Source of the DNA: an uncultured Alphaproteobacteria bacterium
GTDB taxonomy: Bacteria; Pseudomonadota; Alphaproteobacteria; Rhizobiales; Methyloligellaceae
Direction: 5' to 3'
DNA: 64,000 nt
Assembly (NCBI GenBank): GCA_963745855.1
Contig: CAVUZR010000021.1
Span: forward strand, 851-64,850
The notes beneath the pieces are model-generated. The model did no database searches. It had not been told where the DNA came from and was given only the letters and a program-made list of their open reading frames with translations. Below are positions 28,534 through 37,138 of the stretch, piece after piece. How positions within the stretch are numbered: position 1 is the first letter of the stretch; every line of letters begins with the position of its first letter. Both the position numbers and the translations under genes were made by a program.

Positions 28534-29264
28534 TCAGAGCTTCCAGCCCGGACCCGGGACGGTCTCCTGGAACGCCTTGTGCAATGCGGATCCCCACGCG
28601 TCGCGTATCGACCGAAGATAGGGATCGGACCCCTCAAGCCTGTCGGTGAAACCTGGCGACATCGAATCGCGCCGGTAGACGAGGAGATCGATCGGCGGCC
28701 CCACCGACACGTTGGAGCGCATGGTCGAATCGAAGGAGATCAGCGCGCATTTCACCGCGTCGTTTAGGCTCGTGCGTGGCTGGATGATGCGGTCGAGGAT
28801 CGGCTTGCCGTATTTCACCTCGCCGATCTGGAAATAGATCGTGTCGTCCATGGCATCGATGAAATTGCCGGCATCGTAGATCAGGAACAGCCTGAGCTGC
28901 CCAGTCTTGAGCTGCCCGGCAAGGATGAAGGAAGCGCTGAAGTCGACGTCGTGCTGCTGCAGATAGCCGCCGTCGATCTTGTGCATTTCGCGCATCGCGG
29001 TGCCGACGGCGCGCGCCGCGGCGAACATTGAGCCGATCGCCCACAAGTCTTTTTCTGGGTCGCCGGTATCGAGCCACTCGCCGAGCAGACTCATCACCCC
29101 TTGCGTCAGCGAACCGGCGGTGAGCAGGGCAAAGAAGCGTTCTCCCCGCTTCTCCAATACGTGCATCTTGCGGAAGGTGGAGACGCGGTCGATGCCGCAT
29201 TGGTGCGGGAATCGGAAGCCAGCACCAAGCCTTCATTGAGCAGAATGCCAATGCTATAGGTCAA
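28534..29264 (-). pseudogene. proteasome-type (Ntn) peptidase, frameshift near 29195
   Basis: A TTG start at 29264 after GGGGGA gives MTYSIGILLNEGLVLASDSRTNA.., and the 28534-29166 frame continues ..MHVLEKRGERFFALLTAGSL..LFLIYDAGNFI..YFQIGEVKYGKPILDR.. This family normally ends an ATP-grasp/alpha-E/transglutaminase operon. Confidence 0.7.
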
Positions 29265-29435
29265 GCCATCCCCCTATTGAGCTTGTTGTTGTTGCTGCTT
29301 GGAAACATGAGTCCGTGTGCGGCTGTCCATAGCCGTATCGTGAACCCTTTGGAAATATGGGATTTCCTCTCCGTCTGTCCGTGCTTGTCCACAGCCGATT
29401 ACGTCCGTATATTGGGGAATATTGGGCACGGAGCT

Positions 29436-29460
29436 GTCCGCTTTTGGGGGCAAAGCGGTC
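29436..29460. repeat. REP-like hairpin
   Basis: GTCCGCTTTTGGGGGCAAAGCGGTC. Related GTCCG motifs occur at 29300-29410. Confidence 0.65.
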
Positions 29461-29571
29461 GCAGAATGTTGCTGTGATAAGAGTGCGCTAGTGACCCAAG
29501 GCGGACATCATTCCCATCCTGAATGCCAGGGCCAAGCCGACAAGTATCTCGTCGTTTGAGGGGACGGCGCG

Positions 29572-30754
29572 TCAGCGGAAGGCCAGGGGGTCTAATGCTC
29601 GGGCCCCCACAACCCGAATTCGCTCGAATACAAAGATCTTGTCTTCTCGCGGTGACTCCCAATCAAGAAACTGGGGCTCTTGGTTTACGATCTTCAAGCC
29701 CAAGCAGGAAATGACGAGTAATCCGCCATCTGGCGAAAATTTTGCCCCATGTGGTGCGGCATTGCCGAGGTTTACGGTTTGAACTGGATTTCTGAATTTT
29801 GGGTCCTGGGTCAAACTATATAGAGAAAAGGAGTGATTGATTAAATCTGTAATGACGCATGTACCGTCAAGTATATCTATGTTTTCTAGTCGACAGAAAT
29901 CTTTCTGCACGAGGATTCGTTCAGGACTACGAGCAATTTCACCTTCGGCATTTATTGAGAATATGGCTATTCCATTTTTTGTTGGCATTCTATCTTGGGG
30001 GTTAGGTTTTTCTAATTCAACGGATTTCTTTCTGCGATCTCTCATCAGCGTTTTGCTAAAGGATTGACCTTTTTTAAAAATTTTCGTTCTAAGCTTATTA
30101 ATAGCTTTATAAGACAATTTCATCAATTTATCTGAAACAGGCAAGCTCTTTGTCTGATGTAAATGATAAGATACCTTTCCAAGAATGGATAACTGCTTGT
30201 TAGATTCAAACGTTACCAAAATTTTGGTGCCGTCGGCATTGAAACATATCCCTTTGCAGTCCCCGTACTCTGAAAACCAGGATTTCAGTCTTATCCAGGG
30301 GGCCGGTGATTTTGCCCGTTTCTTCGTTGAATCCGTAGGAAACGATCGCCCCACTTGGCGCAAGGTTCTCGCAGTAAGTGATGACCAATCTGCCGTCCCG
30401 CATCGCCAAAGTATGGGGCTCGCGAAGGTGATCGAATGGGCTTTGGAAGAATTGTATCGGTTTTGTTATCGTCTCGCCATTTCGGTAAACATTTATGGTA
30501 CCGGGCTTTTTAAGATTGTGAGCATTCGAAACCAGAAGGTATTTTTTAGTGAACAATACTCCGTGTGGACTATCAAATTGTGACTCAGGATTCCTTAATA
30601 CCTGCAACAACTTTCGAGTTCGCGAATCATAAATTCGAACCTCATTGATGCTTTCGTAGGTGGCTGCGAAATAAGACCCGGACGGGTGAAACGAAACCTC
30701 ACCGACCATACTGGGCGCCCCGTCGTTCTCTATAATCTCAGCGATGCGATACAT
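29572..30754 (-). pseudogene. beta-propeller (lactonase/YncE-like) repeat protein, frameshift near 30300-30360
   Basis: Recurrent blade signatures: ..FHPSGSYFAAT..VRIYD, ..PHGVLFTKKYLLVSN, ..PHTLAMRDGRLVIT, ..KGICFNADGTKILVT, ..PHGAKFSPDGGLLVIS. This is the most AT-rich gene in the window, and two ORFs (30206-30793, 29572-30363) overlap in different frames. Confidence 0.6.
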
Positions 30755-31067
30755 TGAAGGAACCCCCTGGTCCCAGAGTTTACATCGTCGCAACGGCTCA
30801 ACCAGTGCTCATTTATGAGTACACGCCCGAGGGCGTCATTCGCTGTTCGGCTCCGCGCCGGGGATCTCGATCTTGGGCTTCTTGCGCAACGTTGAGCAGG
30901 ACGCTTCGGCCGTCGCCCATATGCGCAGTGCTCTTAAAGGCTATCCCCAAAATCTTGAGGTTTTCTGTCTCCTTCGCCCAAGGACTTGCGCTCCCCACTT
31001 GTGCTAGTACCGCGCGTGGGGTATCCAAGTACCACATGGAGAGCGCTGAGAACAGGGCTGCATCAGT

Positions 31068-31387
31068 ATGATTGGCAGACCATTTCAGCCCGGCAAATCG
31101 GGGAATCCGGGCGGCAGACCTCGAACAGTCCACAGCCTCCAGGAGCTTGCGCGCAAGCACATGATCGAAGCCCTCGACGTGCTTGTCCAATCATGCTGAA
31201 CGAAAAAGCGCCGCCGAATGCCCGTGTTGCTGCCGCTAATACCCTGCTTGACCGCGCCTATGGCAAAGCACCCACGTTTAGCACCTCGGACACCCAAGCC
31301 TTTAAACGGGCCATCGACATGACCGACGATGAGCTAGCTGCCATCGTGGGTGGGGCCAAGCTTACCCTAGTAAAATCAGACATTTAG
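31068..31387 (+). pseudogene. DUF5681-type phage protein, frameshift near 31190
   Basis: MIGRPFQPGKSGNPGGRPRTVHSLQELARKHMIEALDVLVQ.. stops at 31199. It continues in the next frame as ..MLNEKAPPNARVAAANTLLDRAYGKAPTF..DMTDDELAAIV.. Confidence 0.6.
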
Positions 31388-31399
31388 TCCCCTATCCTT

Positions 31400-31522
31400 C
31401 TATGTTCTCTCGCTGGAGGGGTTCTCAGGGACCAGGATAGATCGGTCTAGGTTAACGCGAACAATCCTGGCGCGCGTCTCGCAGCGCTCGATAGCCGCCA
31501 GGAGGTAGTAGCGCTCGCTCAT
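31400..31522 (-). CDS. mini-ORF (40 aa), ATGA-coupled to the upstream 52-aa ORF
   Basis: MSERYYLLAAIERCETRARIVRVNLDRSILVPENPSSERT. Its start overlaps the stop of the 31519-31677 ORF. Confidence 0.2.
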   Translation of the reverse strand: MSERYYLLAAIERCETRARIVRVNLDRSILVPENPSSERT

Positions 31523-31677
31523 TGCTTGCCCTGCATGAACTCAATGCGGTCAAGCTCGGCGTCGACGAACTTCTGGACGGCATCGGTCGGGGCGCCGCTG
31601 CGGATCAGCGAAGCGGCCAGCTTATTGAGTGCGTCGATCTTCGCTGCGTGCGTCTTTGTCACATCGGCTTCGTTCAT
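31519..31677 (-). CDS. small hypothetical protein (52 aa)
   Basis: MNEADVTKTHAAKIDALNKLAASLIRSGAPTDAVQKFVDAELDRIEFMQGKQ. GGGAG lies 7 nt upstream of the ATG. It is too short to appear in the supplied ORF track. Confidence 0.35.
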   Translation of the reverse strand: MNEADVTKTHAAKIDALNKLAASLIRSGAPTDAVQKFVDAELDRIEFMQGKQ

Positions 31678-31976
31678 GATTTGCTCCCGAAATACTTGTC
31701 CATCGGATCAGTGGACTGAGGCTTGACCTCCAGGGCTGCCCGCGCGCTCGGCGTGAGCCCCAGCAAGGTCGCATTAGTGAGCTGCGTCTCATGACGCCAT
31801 GCGAATGATGCCGAGCAAGGGGTTAACAGATGGCCCACCGCGCTTGTTTTGGATGGCAAACACGAGGGTGCCAGTGGCGGCGGCACGTACACGTCCGAGA
31901 ATTTGACCGACACCGTCGCAGGCGGCAGATACAAGGGCTCCTAATCGCGAGGAGAAGTGGCGGAGCGATAACGTCC

Positions 31977-32069
31977 CTAGAGTATCCCGGTCGTGATTAA
32001 ACCAACCAGGACGAACGAGAACACGCAGAACAGCTTGAACGCCAACCCATCTGCCTCCTGCTTAGTCAT
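31977..32069 (-). CDS. 30-aa hydrophobic peptide (hypothetical)
   Basis: MTKQEADGLAFKLFCVFSFVLVGLITTGIL. AGGAGG lies about 9 nt upstream. Confidence 0.3.
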   Translation of the reverse strand: MTKQEADGLAFKLFCVFSFVLVGLITTGIL

Positions 32070-32840
32070 CGGGGTAACCCTCCTCATTCCCTAGTGCCCC
32101 AGCCGACTTCGATGCGGCTGTTGGACCTTAACCCCGATGATCGCCTGCGCGTTCCCCTGCTGCCGTCTGTTTCGACTGTTGGCCTCCACCACCGGCGCTA
32201 TCAGTTCTCAGGCCTCTGTGGCAGTTCGGCAACCAATTCCGACCCATAATATGGTTGCATTATAGGGTTGACGCCTTGCCGGTACGGCAAGTGACCGTCG
32301 GAGTGGGTGATTAGTCTGGTATCGCGTACAACCCCCGCAAGGTCGAGCGCAGGAAGCACCGATCATCCTCTAAATATAGAATTCGACTTGCGCCCCAAAT
32401 CTAGTCACCGGGCCGCAAGCCGAGGATAACACCTTACCCTGCCTTGGGCCGCGAACCCCTCCGAACGGCTCTTTTCTTGCTTATCCGCCGCTGCAAGGCG
32501 ACGACTATCCCCACACGGCCTTGGGCAGAAGCGCAACAACGTTTCAGACTTTATTACAAGTTTAGCGATCACAACGAGGGATGCGCTCTGTTGGGATTAG
32601 CTTCTGTGTTTGGGTAGCGAGGATAGCCCTAATCGTCTTCTTTGACTCGCTCGCAGATCCGGCGGTGGGCGTTGCCGCAGTCGCTGCGCTCCTCGCTGGG
32701 ATAATTTGGCTGCCCAATGAGAGGCACTCGCAATGGCCAAACGCGAGACTTGAGTTTAAGCAACCTGGATAACTGGCGGGCCGCTTTACCGGTGCGGATG
32801 ATGAGTAGACCGGCTAGGTAAACCCATAGGTAACGAGACC

Positions 32841-32965
32841 AGGTTCAATTCGCGGCCAGGATCAACGCAAATGCTGTTGGCGGGGGGAGATTGCTCCAAC
32901 AGTAAACGGGACTCCCTAGAAAACGGGTTGCGCCACAGAAAAAGGGACTCCGATGTTGGAGGGAT
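32841..32965 (+). repeat. direct repeat, copy 1 (contains a 41-nt insert relative to copy 2)
   Basis: aggttcaattcgcggccaggatcaacgcaaatgctg..ggggag...cgccacagaaaaagggactccgatgttggagggat. Confidence 0.7.
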
Positions 32966-33178
32966 GCAGTGATGTCGCCGCGATCTGCCGCAGTTCGAAA
33001 AGCAAGTCATACGTCTGCTCCAGCTGCTCCTGGTCTTGGGCCGGGCGCGTCTGGTCCATAAGCGAAAGCTCAATGTGAGCCCCGCTGCCGATCTAGCAGG
33101 GTGATAAACGCCTCCAATTGGCTGATGGCCGGGTTCATCGTTGCCAGATGCCTCACCAGGCCGCTAATTGAACAGACA

Positions 33179-33265
33179 AGGTTCATTCGCAGCCAAAATC
33201 AACACAAATGCTGATGACGGGGGAGTCCCGCGCCACAGAAAAAGGGACTCCGATGTTGGAGGGAT
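33179..33265 (+). repeat. direct repeat, copy 2
   Basis: aggttcattcgcagccaaaatcaacacaaatgctg..ggggagtcccgcgccacagaaaaagggactccgatgttggagggat. The last 35 nt are identical to copy 1. Confidence 0.7.
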
Positions 33266-33379
33266 CTTTCCCGAAGTATACGAATTTGTATAAGCCCGAA
33301 CACCAAACTCCCCCTTTTAAATCAAAGTGGCGCTCCATGTTCTCCCGCACTCTTACGAGCGACAAGCTGGGGGATCACA

Positions 33380-34348
33380 ATGGGAGCAGGGAGTGGCAAG
33401 AGCGATAAGTGCGGCGCCGGTCCAATAACCTCCGTTACGCTGTGTGTATGCACCCATCGCCGCCCCGGGTTTTTTAGCCAATTCACGCGCTCGCTTGAGA
33501 CCTTGATCGTTCCTTCGGTAGTGACGTTCCATCTTAGCGTTAGCGACAACAATATCGTTAGCCATTATGAATTATACATCAGGGACCTCCTGGAAAGGCT
33601 GCCGTTCGCCTCTTCCTATGGACATGAGCCTGCTCCCGGTTATTCGAATGCACGCAATAGGGCCCTTGAGCTTGCGCTGAAAACGCCGGCAGAACTACTT
33701 GCCTTCGTTGATGATGACATGACGGTTGCCCCGACCTGGCTGCTCGGACATCTGCGCAGTCATGAGGAATTTGCTTGCGATGTCGTCGGTGGAGCGATCC
33801 ACGGCCACCGCAGCCGGTACAACACCGGCCGCCGTTTTGCACACGGCGAAGAGCGACCCACTATCGGCACATCGAATGTTTCGTTCAAGCGTTGGATTGT
33901 GGCCGACGATGGATTGCGTTTGCTATTTGACCCTCGTTTCAATGCAAGCGGGGGTGAGGACAAGGACTTCTTTTCTTCGGCTCATCGGAAAGGCGCAAGG
34001 ATTGTTGTTAGCAGCTATCCGATCGTCCACGACTCGACTGCGAACCAGGTTGCGACCCTGTGGAATAAAGCCCAAGTCTCTTCAATCATGCACAGGGATC
34101 GGATTGTAAGGCTACGGAAAGAGGTTGGCTTTTTCGCCGGATTTGCCAGTGCGATTTGGGGGGTACGCTTCGGCATAAAATCGCTCCCGGTCTTTCTTGA
34201 TTATCGCGCTAGTCTCCTATTTAAGAACGCTGATCGAGCGTTACGGAAGCAAATTTCCGCATATAAGAATTTTCATAAGATGGTTCAGGGCTTCAATGGA
34301 CTGCGTGGCGATTATATAGCTCGTCATGAAGTGCGGCGGAGCTTCTAA
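33380..34348 (+). CDS. family 2 glycosyltransferase
   Basis: ..VTLCVCTHRRPGFF.., ..GYSNARNRALE.., ..LAFVDDDMTVAPTWL.., ..GGEDKDFF.. are GT2 hallmarks. Confidence 0.7.
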   Translation: MGAGSGKSDKCGAGPITSVTLCVCTHRRPGFFSQFTRSLETLIVPSVVTFHLSVSDNNIVSHYELYIRDLLERLPFASSYGHEPAPGYSNARNRALELALKTPAELLAFVDDDMTVAPTWLLGHLRSHEEFACDVVGGAIHGHRSRYNTGRRFAHGEERPTIGTSNVSFKRWIVADDGLRLLFDPRFNASGGEDKDFFSSAHRKGARIVVSSYPIVHDSTANQVATLWNKAQVSSIMHRDRIVRLRKEVGFFAGFASAIWGVRFGIKSLPVFLDYRASLLFKNADRALRKQISAYKNFHKMVQGFNGLRGDYIARHEVRRSF

Positions 34349-34548
34349 ACGGCTGGCCCTTTCCCGCGCTGAGTTCAAAAAAGCGACGTAATCAAGTGGT
34401 CACACGCTTTTGATCAGCGCCCGCGGCGCGCGGCCATGCTTTTTAGGGGCGCAAAAAATGTCCGGTCTCAAGGGAAGGGTTGCCCAACGCATAACCTCAT
34501 CGCTTTTTTTCTCAGCCCATTAGTGACCTCGGCAATTCCAAGGCTTAC

Positions 34549-34735
34549 GTGGTTTTTTTGCCCCTCATCGGTATAACATTGATCTTGTCAGCTTTGAGCA
34601 ATGGCAGTGGATTGCGCGAACTCCTGACCCCAAGTGCCTCTTGGACCCCTTTTTTCCTGCTCGCGCTCTACCTGTTTTTCAACGCGACATGGGCCGCAGA
34701 CCAACCTGCCGCGCTCGGTGCGGCGAGCCTATGCA
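34549..34735 (+). pseudogene. O-antigen ligase/polymerase-like membrane protein, N-terminal fragment (tentative)
   Basis: ..FFLLALYLFFNATWAADQPAALG.. resembles the first membrane segments of O-antigen ligase family proteins. The reading frame then runs into antisense ATP-grasp sequence. Confidence 0.3.
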
Positions 34736-35047
34736 CCCGCGCTTCACGAGCTCCCACTCGGCGCGATCCAGGATGCGTGGGATGAGATCGAAGGGGATCA
34801 GCCGCTCGGTCGAGCCGCCTTCGGCATAGACGGCGAAGGTGATGCCGAGCCGCCGGAACAGCTCCTCGGCGGCGACCTGCTTGGTGACCAGGGATTCGAT
34901 GGAGAGATCGTCAAGCAGCCCGGCGAAGTCGGCATAGGCGGGCCTCACGTTGCCGTCGGGGCTGCGCATTTCATCAAAAAATCGGCGGGACGGTGCTGGC
35001 GCCTCGCGCACCCGCGCTTCCGCTATCTCAGAACTTCGCAAGTCCAC
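34735..35047 (-). pseudogene. circularly permuted type 2 ATP-grasp protein, N-terminal roughly 105 aa only
   Basis: ..FDEMRSPDGNVRPAYADFAGLL..AAEELFRRLGITFAVYAEGGSTERLIPFDLIPRILDRAEWELVKRG.. then unrelated residues and a stop. Confidence 0.65.
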
Positions 35048-35191
35048 CCTGTCCGGTTCTCGTGAGCGACCTCTACTCCCGCCTGGGTGCGCTTCCGTTT
35101 TATGCTATGGCATCATTTTATGCCTATGCCGTTTGGATAGGCAACGTTTTTACAAGCCTATTTCCTGAGCAACACTCGCGCCATCGATTAC

Positions 35192-35833
35192 ATGTTCGAA
35201 ACCTTCCTCACGGCCTTCACCACCTTCTTTGCAGTGATCGGTCCCATCGATTCTGCGGTGCTGCTCACCACGCTTACGCCCAACGCGACGAAGGAGGAGC
35301 GTCGGGCGATCTCGCTGAAAGCCGTGGCCATCGCCACGTTGATCGTGCTCGTCTTCGCCCTGTTTGGGCAACCGATCCTCCATCAGCTAGGCGTCTCGCT
35401 GCCGGCGCTCCAGGTTGCCGGCGGCATCATCCTGCTGATGATCGCCCTCGACATGACCCTGTCGAAGCGCCCGTCGCAGGCCAAGCTCACGGTGAAAGAA
35501 AGCGAAGAGGCGGAGAGCAGAGCGGAGCAGCACGCCGAGATCACCGTGTTTCCACTCGCCACGCCGCTGCTTGCCGGGCCGGGCGCCATGACGTCAGCCA
35601 TCGTGCTCGCCGCCGGCACCCACGGCGACCCTAAGCTGCTCGTCGCCGTGGTGCTGGCAATTCTCGCGGTCATGCTGGTGACGCTCATCTTTCTGCTGCT
35701 CGCGCAGGAGATCCACTATCTGATCGGGCTCACGGCGCGGAAGGTGATCGTGCGCGTGTTCGGCGTGCTGCTCGCGGCCATTGCCGTGCAGTCGATCTTC
35801 AACGGCATCGCCGCCGCTCATATCTTTCGCTGA
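35192..35833 (+). CDS. marC: MarC family (UPF0056) membrane protein
   Basis: MFETFLTAFTTFFAVIGPIDSAVL.. with six hydrophobic segments, 213 aa. Confidence 0.75.
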   Translation: MFETFLTAFTTFFAVIGPIDSAVLLTTLTPNATKEERRAISLKAVAIATLIVLVFALFGQPILHQLGVSLPALQVAGGIILLMIALDMTLSKRPSQAKLTVKESEEAESRAEQHAEITVFPLATPLLAGPGAMTSAIVLAAGTHGDPKLLVAVVLAILAVMLVTLIFLLLAQEIHYLIGLTARKVIVRVFGVLLAAIAVQSIFNGIAAAHIFR

Positions 35834-35857
35834 GGCCACAATCGCAGGAGGTAGGTC

Positions 35858-36862
35858 ATGCGTGCTGTACAGGTATTGAAGCCCGGGTCGCCGCTCGAGC
35901 TTGTGGAGCGGCCGATGCCGGAGCCGGGTCCCGGCAAGGTGCGCGTCAAGGTGGAGGCTTGCGGCATATGCCACAGCGATTCCTTCACGGTCGAGGGCCA
36001 CTACCCCGGCATCCTCTATCCGAGAGTGCCGGGCCACGAGATCGCGGGCCATGTCGATGCGCTCGGGCCAGGGGTCACGGCCTGGCGCGTGGGGCAGCGC
36101 GTCGGCGTCGGCTGGCATGGCGGTCATTGCGGGGTGTGCGCCAATTGCCGACGGGGCGATTTCGTCCTCTGCGTCGTCATGCAGGTGCCGGGCATCGCCT
36201 ATGACGGCGGCTATGCCGACTACATGATCGCGCCCCAAGAAGCACTTGCCGCCATCCCTGACGACCTTACCGCGATAGAGGCGGCACCGTTGCTCTGCGC
36301 CGGCATCACCACCTTCAATTCGCTCCGCAATTCGGGCGCGGGCCCGGGCGATCTCGTGGCGATCCTCGGCATCGGCGGCCTCGGCCATCTCGGCGTGCAA
36401 TTCGCGGTAAAGATGGGCTTCAACACCGTCGCCATCGCGCGCGGCCCCGACAAGGCCAAGCTCGCGCTCGAGCTCGGCGCCCATCGTTATATCGACAGTG
36501 AAGCGGAAGATGCGGCCAAGGTGCTCGCCGGGCTTGGCGGCGCCAAGGTGATCCTTGCCACGGTGACCAACGCCAAGGCGATGAGCGCGCTGATCGAGGG
36601 CCTCGGGGTCGACGGCAAATTGCTGGTGGTGGGGGTGTCGCCGGAGCCGATCGGGGTCTCGCCCCTTCAGCTCATCGGCAAGCGGCGCTCGGTGGCAGGC
36701 TGGCCATCAGGTCGCGCCTCGGATTCGGAGGACACCATGCGCTTCAGCGCCCTTGAAGGTATTCGGCCGATGATCGAGATCGTCCCGCTCACAGAAGCTG
36801 CAAAGGGATATGCGCGGATGATGAAGGGCGATGCGCGCTTCCGCGTCGTCCTCGTCCCGTGA
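35858..36862 (+). CDS. zinc-dependent alcohol dehydrogenase
   Basis: ..ACGICHSD.., ..GHEIAG.., structural-zinc cysteines (..GHCGVCANCRRGDFVLC..) and the NAD fold ..ILGIGGLGHLGVQFA.. Confidence 0.85.
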   Translation: MRAVQVLKPGSPLELVERPMPEPGPGKVRVKVEACGICHSDSFTVEGHYPGILYPRVPGHEIAGHVDALGPGVTAWRVGQRVGVGWHGGHCGVCANCRRGDFVLCVVMQVPGIAYDGGYADYMIAPQEALAAIPDDLTAIEAAPLLCAGITTFNSLRNSGAGPGDLVAILGIGGLGHLGVQFAVKMGFNTVAIARGPDKAKLALELGAHRYIDSEAEDAAKVLAGLGGAKVILATVTNAKAMSALIEGLGVDGKLLVVGVSPEPIGVSPLQLIGKRRSVAGWPSGRASDSEDTMRFSALEGIRPMIEIVPLTEAAKGYARMMKGDARFRVVLVP

Positions 36863-37138
36863 CTACGAGCGGTTGCCGCCAAACAGATGGCCGGCAAGAA
36901 GCCGCAAATAGGAACCGCCGGTCTCGCCCAGGCATAGTTTAGATTGACCTTGGCGGCGCCGGGTGAAGGTGATCGGCACTTCGATGACGCGTATGCGTTT
37001 CGCAAGCGCGAGCAGCTACTGAAAGGCGTAGCCGTTATTCTGCAGACGCTTGTAGATCTCCTCGATGTTGCCGGCCTAGTCCATGGCGGCGGCGACGACG
37101 ACGTGCCGCCGCGAGCCCTCGGCCGACGCAAGTGTCAT
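36863..37138 (-). pseudogene. Dpm1-like GT2 glycosyltransferase remnant with two in-frame TAG codons
   Basis: MTLASAEGSRRHVVVAAAMD*AGNIEEIYKRLQNNGYAFQ*LLALAKRIRVIEVPITFTRRRQGQSKL.. It is far too short for the family, and its ATG overlaps the RND gene stop. Confidence 0.5.

Larger units (their letters stand above)
29265..34740. mobile_element. AT-richer foreign insert replacing the middle of the ATP-grasp...peptidase operon; no integrase or transposase seen
   Basis: It is bounded by the peptidase start (29264) and the truncated ATP-grasp N-terminus (about 34735). It contains REP hairpins, an AT-rich beta-propeller gene, a DUF5681 gene, mini-ORFs, direct repeats, a GT2 gene and an O-antigen-ligase-like fragment. 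Confidence 0.55.

Noticed and set aside
30813-31190. 125-aa minus-strand ORF.
   Set aside because: It is antisense to the DUF5681 gene, whose GNPGGRP motif and paralog at 7040-7240 support the plus strand.
32841-33265. CRISPR array.
   Set aside because: There are only two repeat copies, of unequal length (125 vs 87 nt) and about 340 nt apart. No cas genes are present anywhere in the window.
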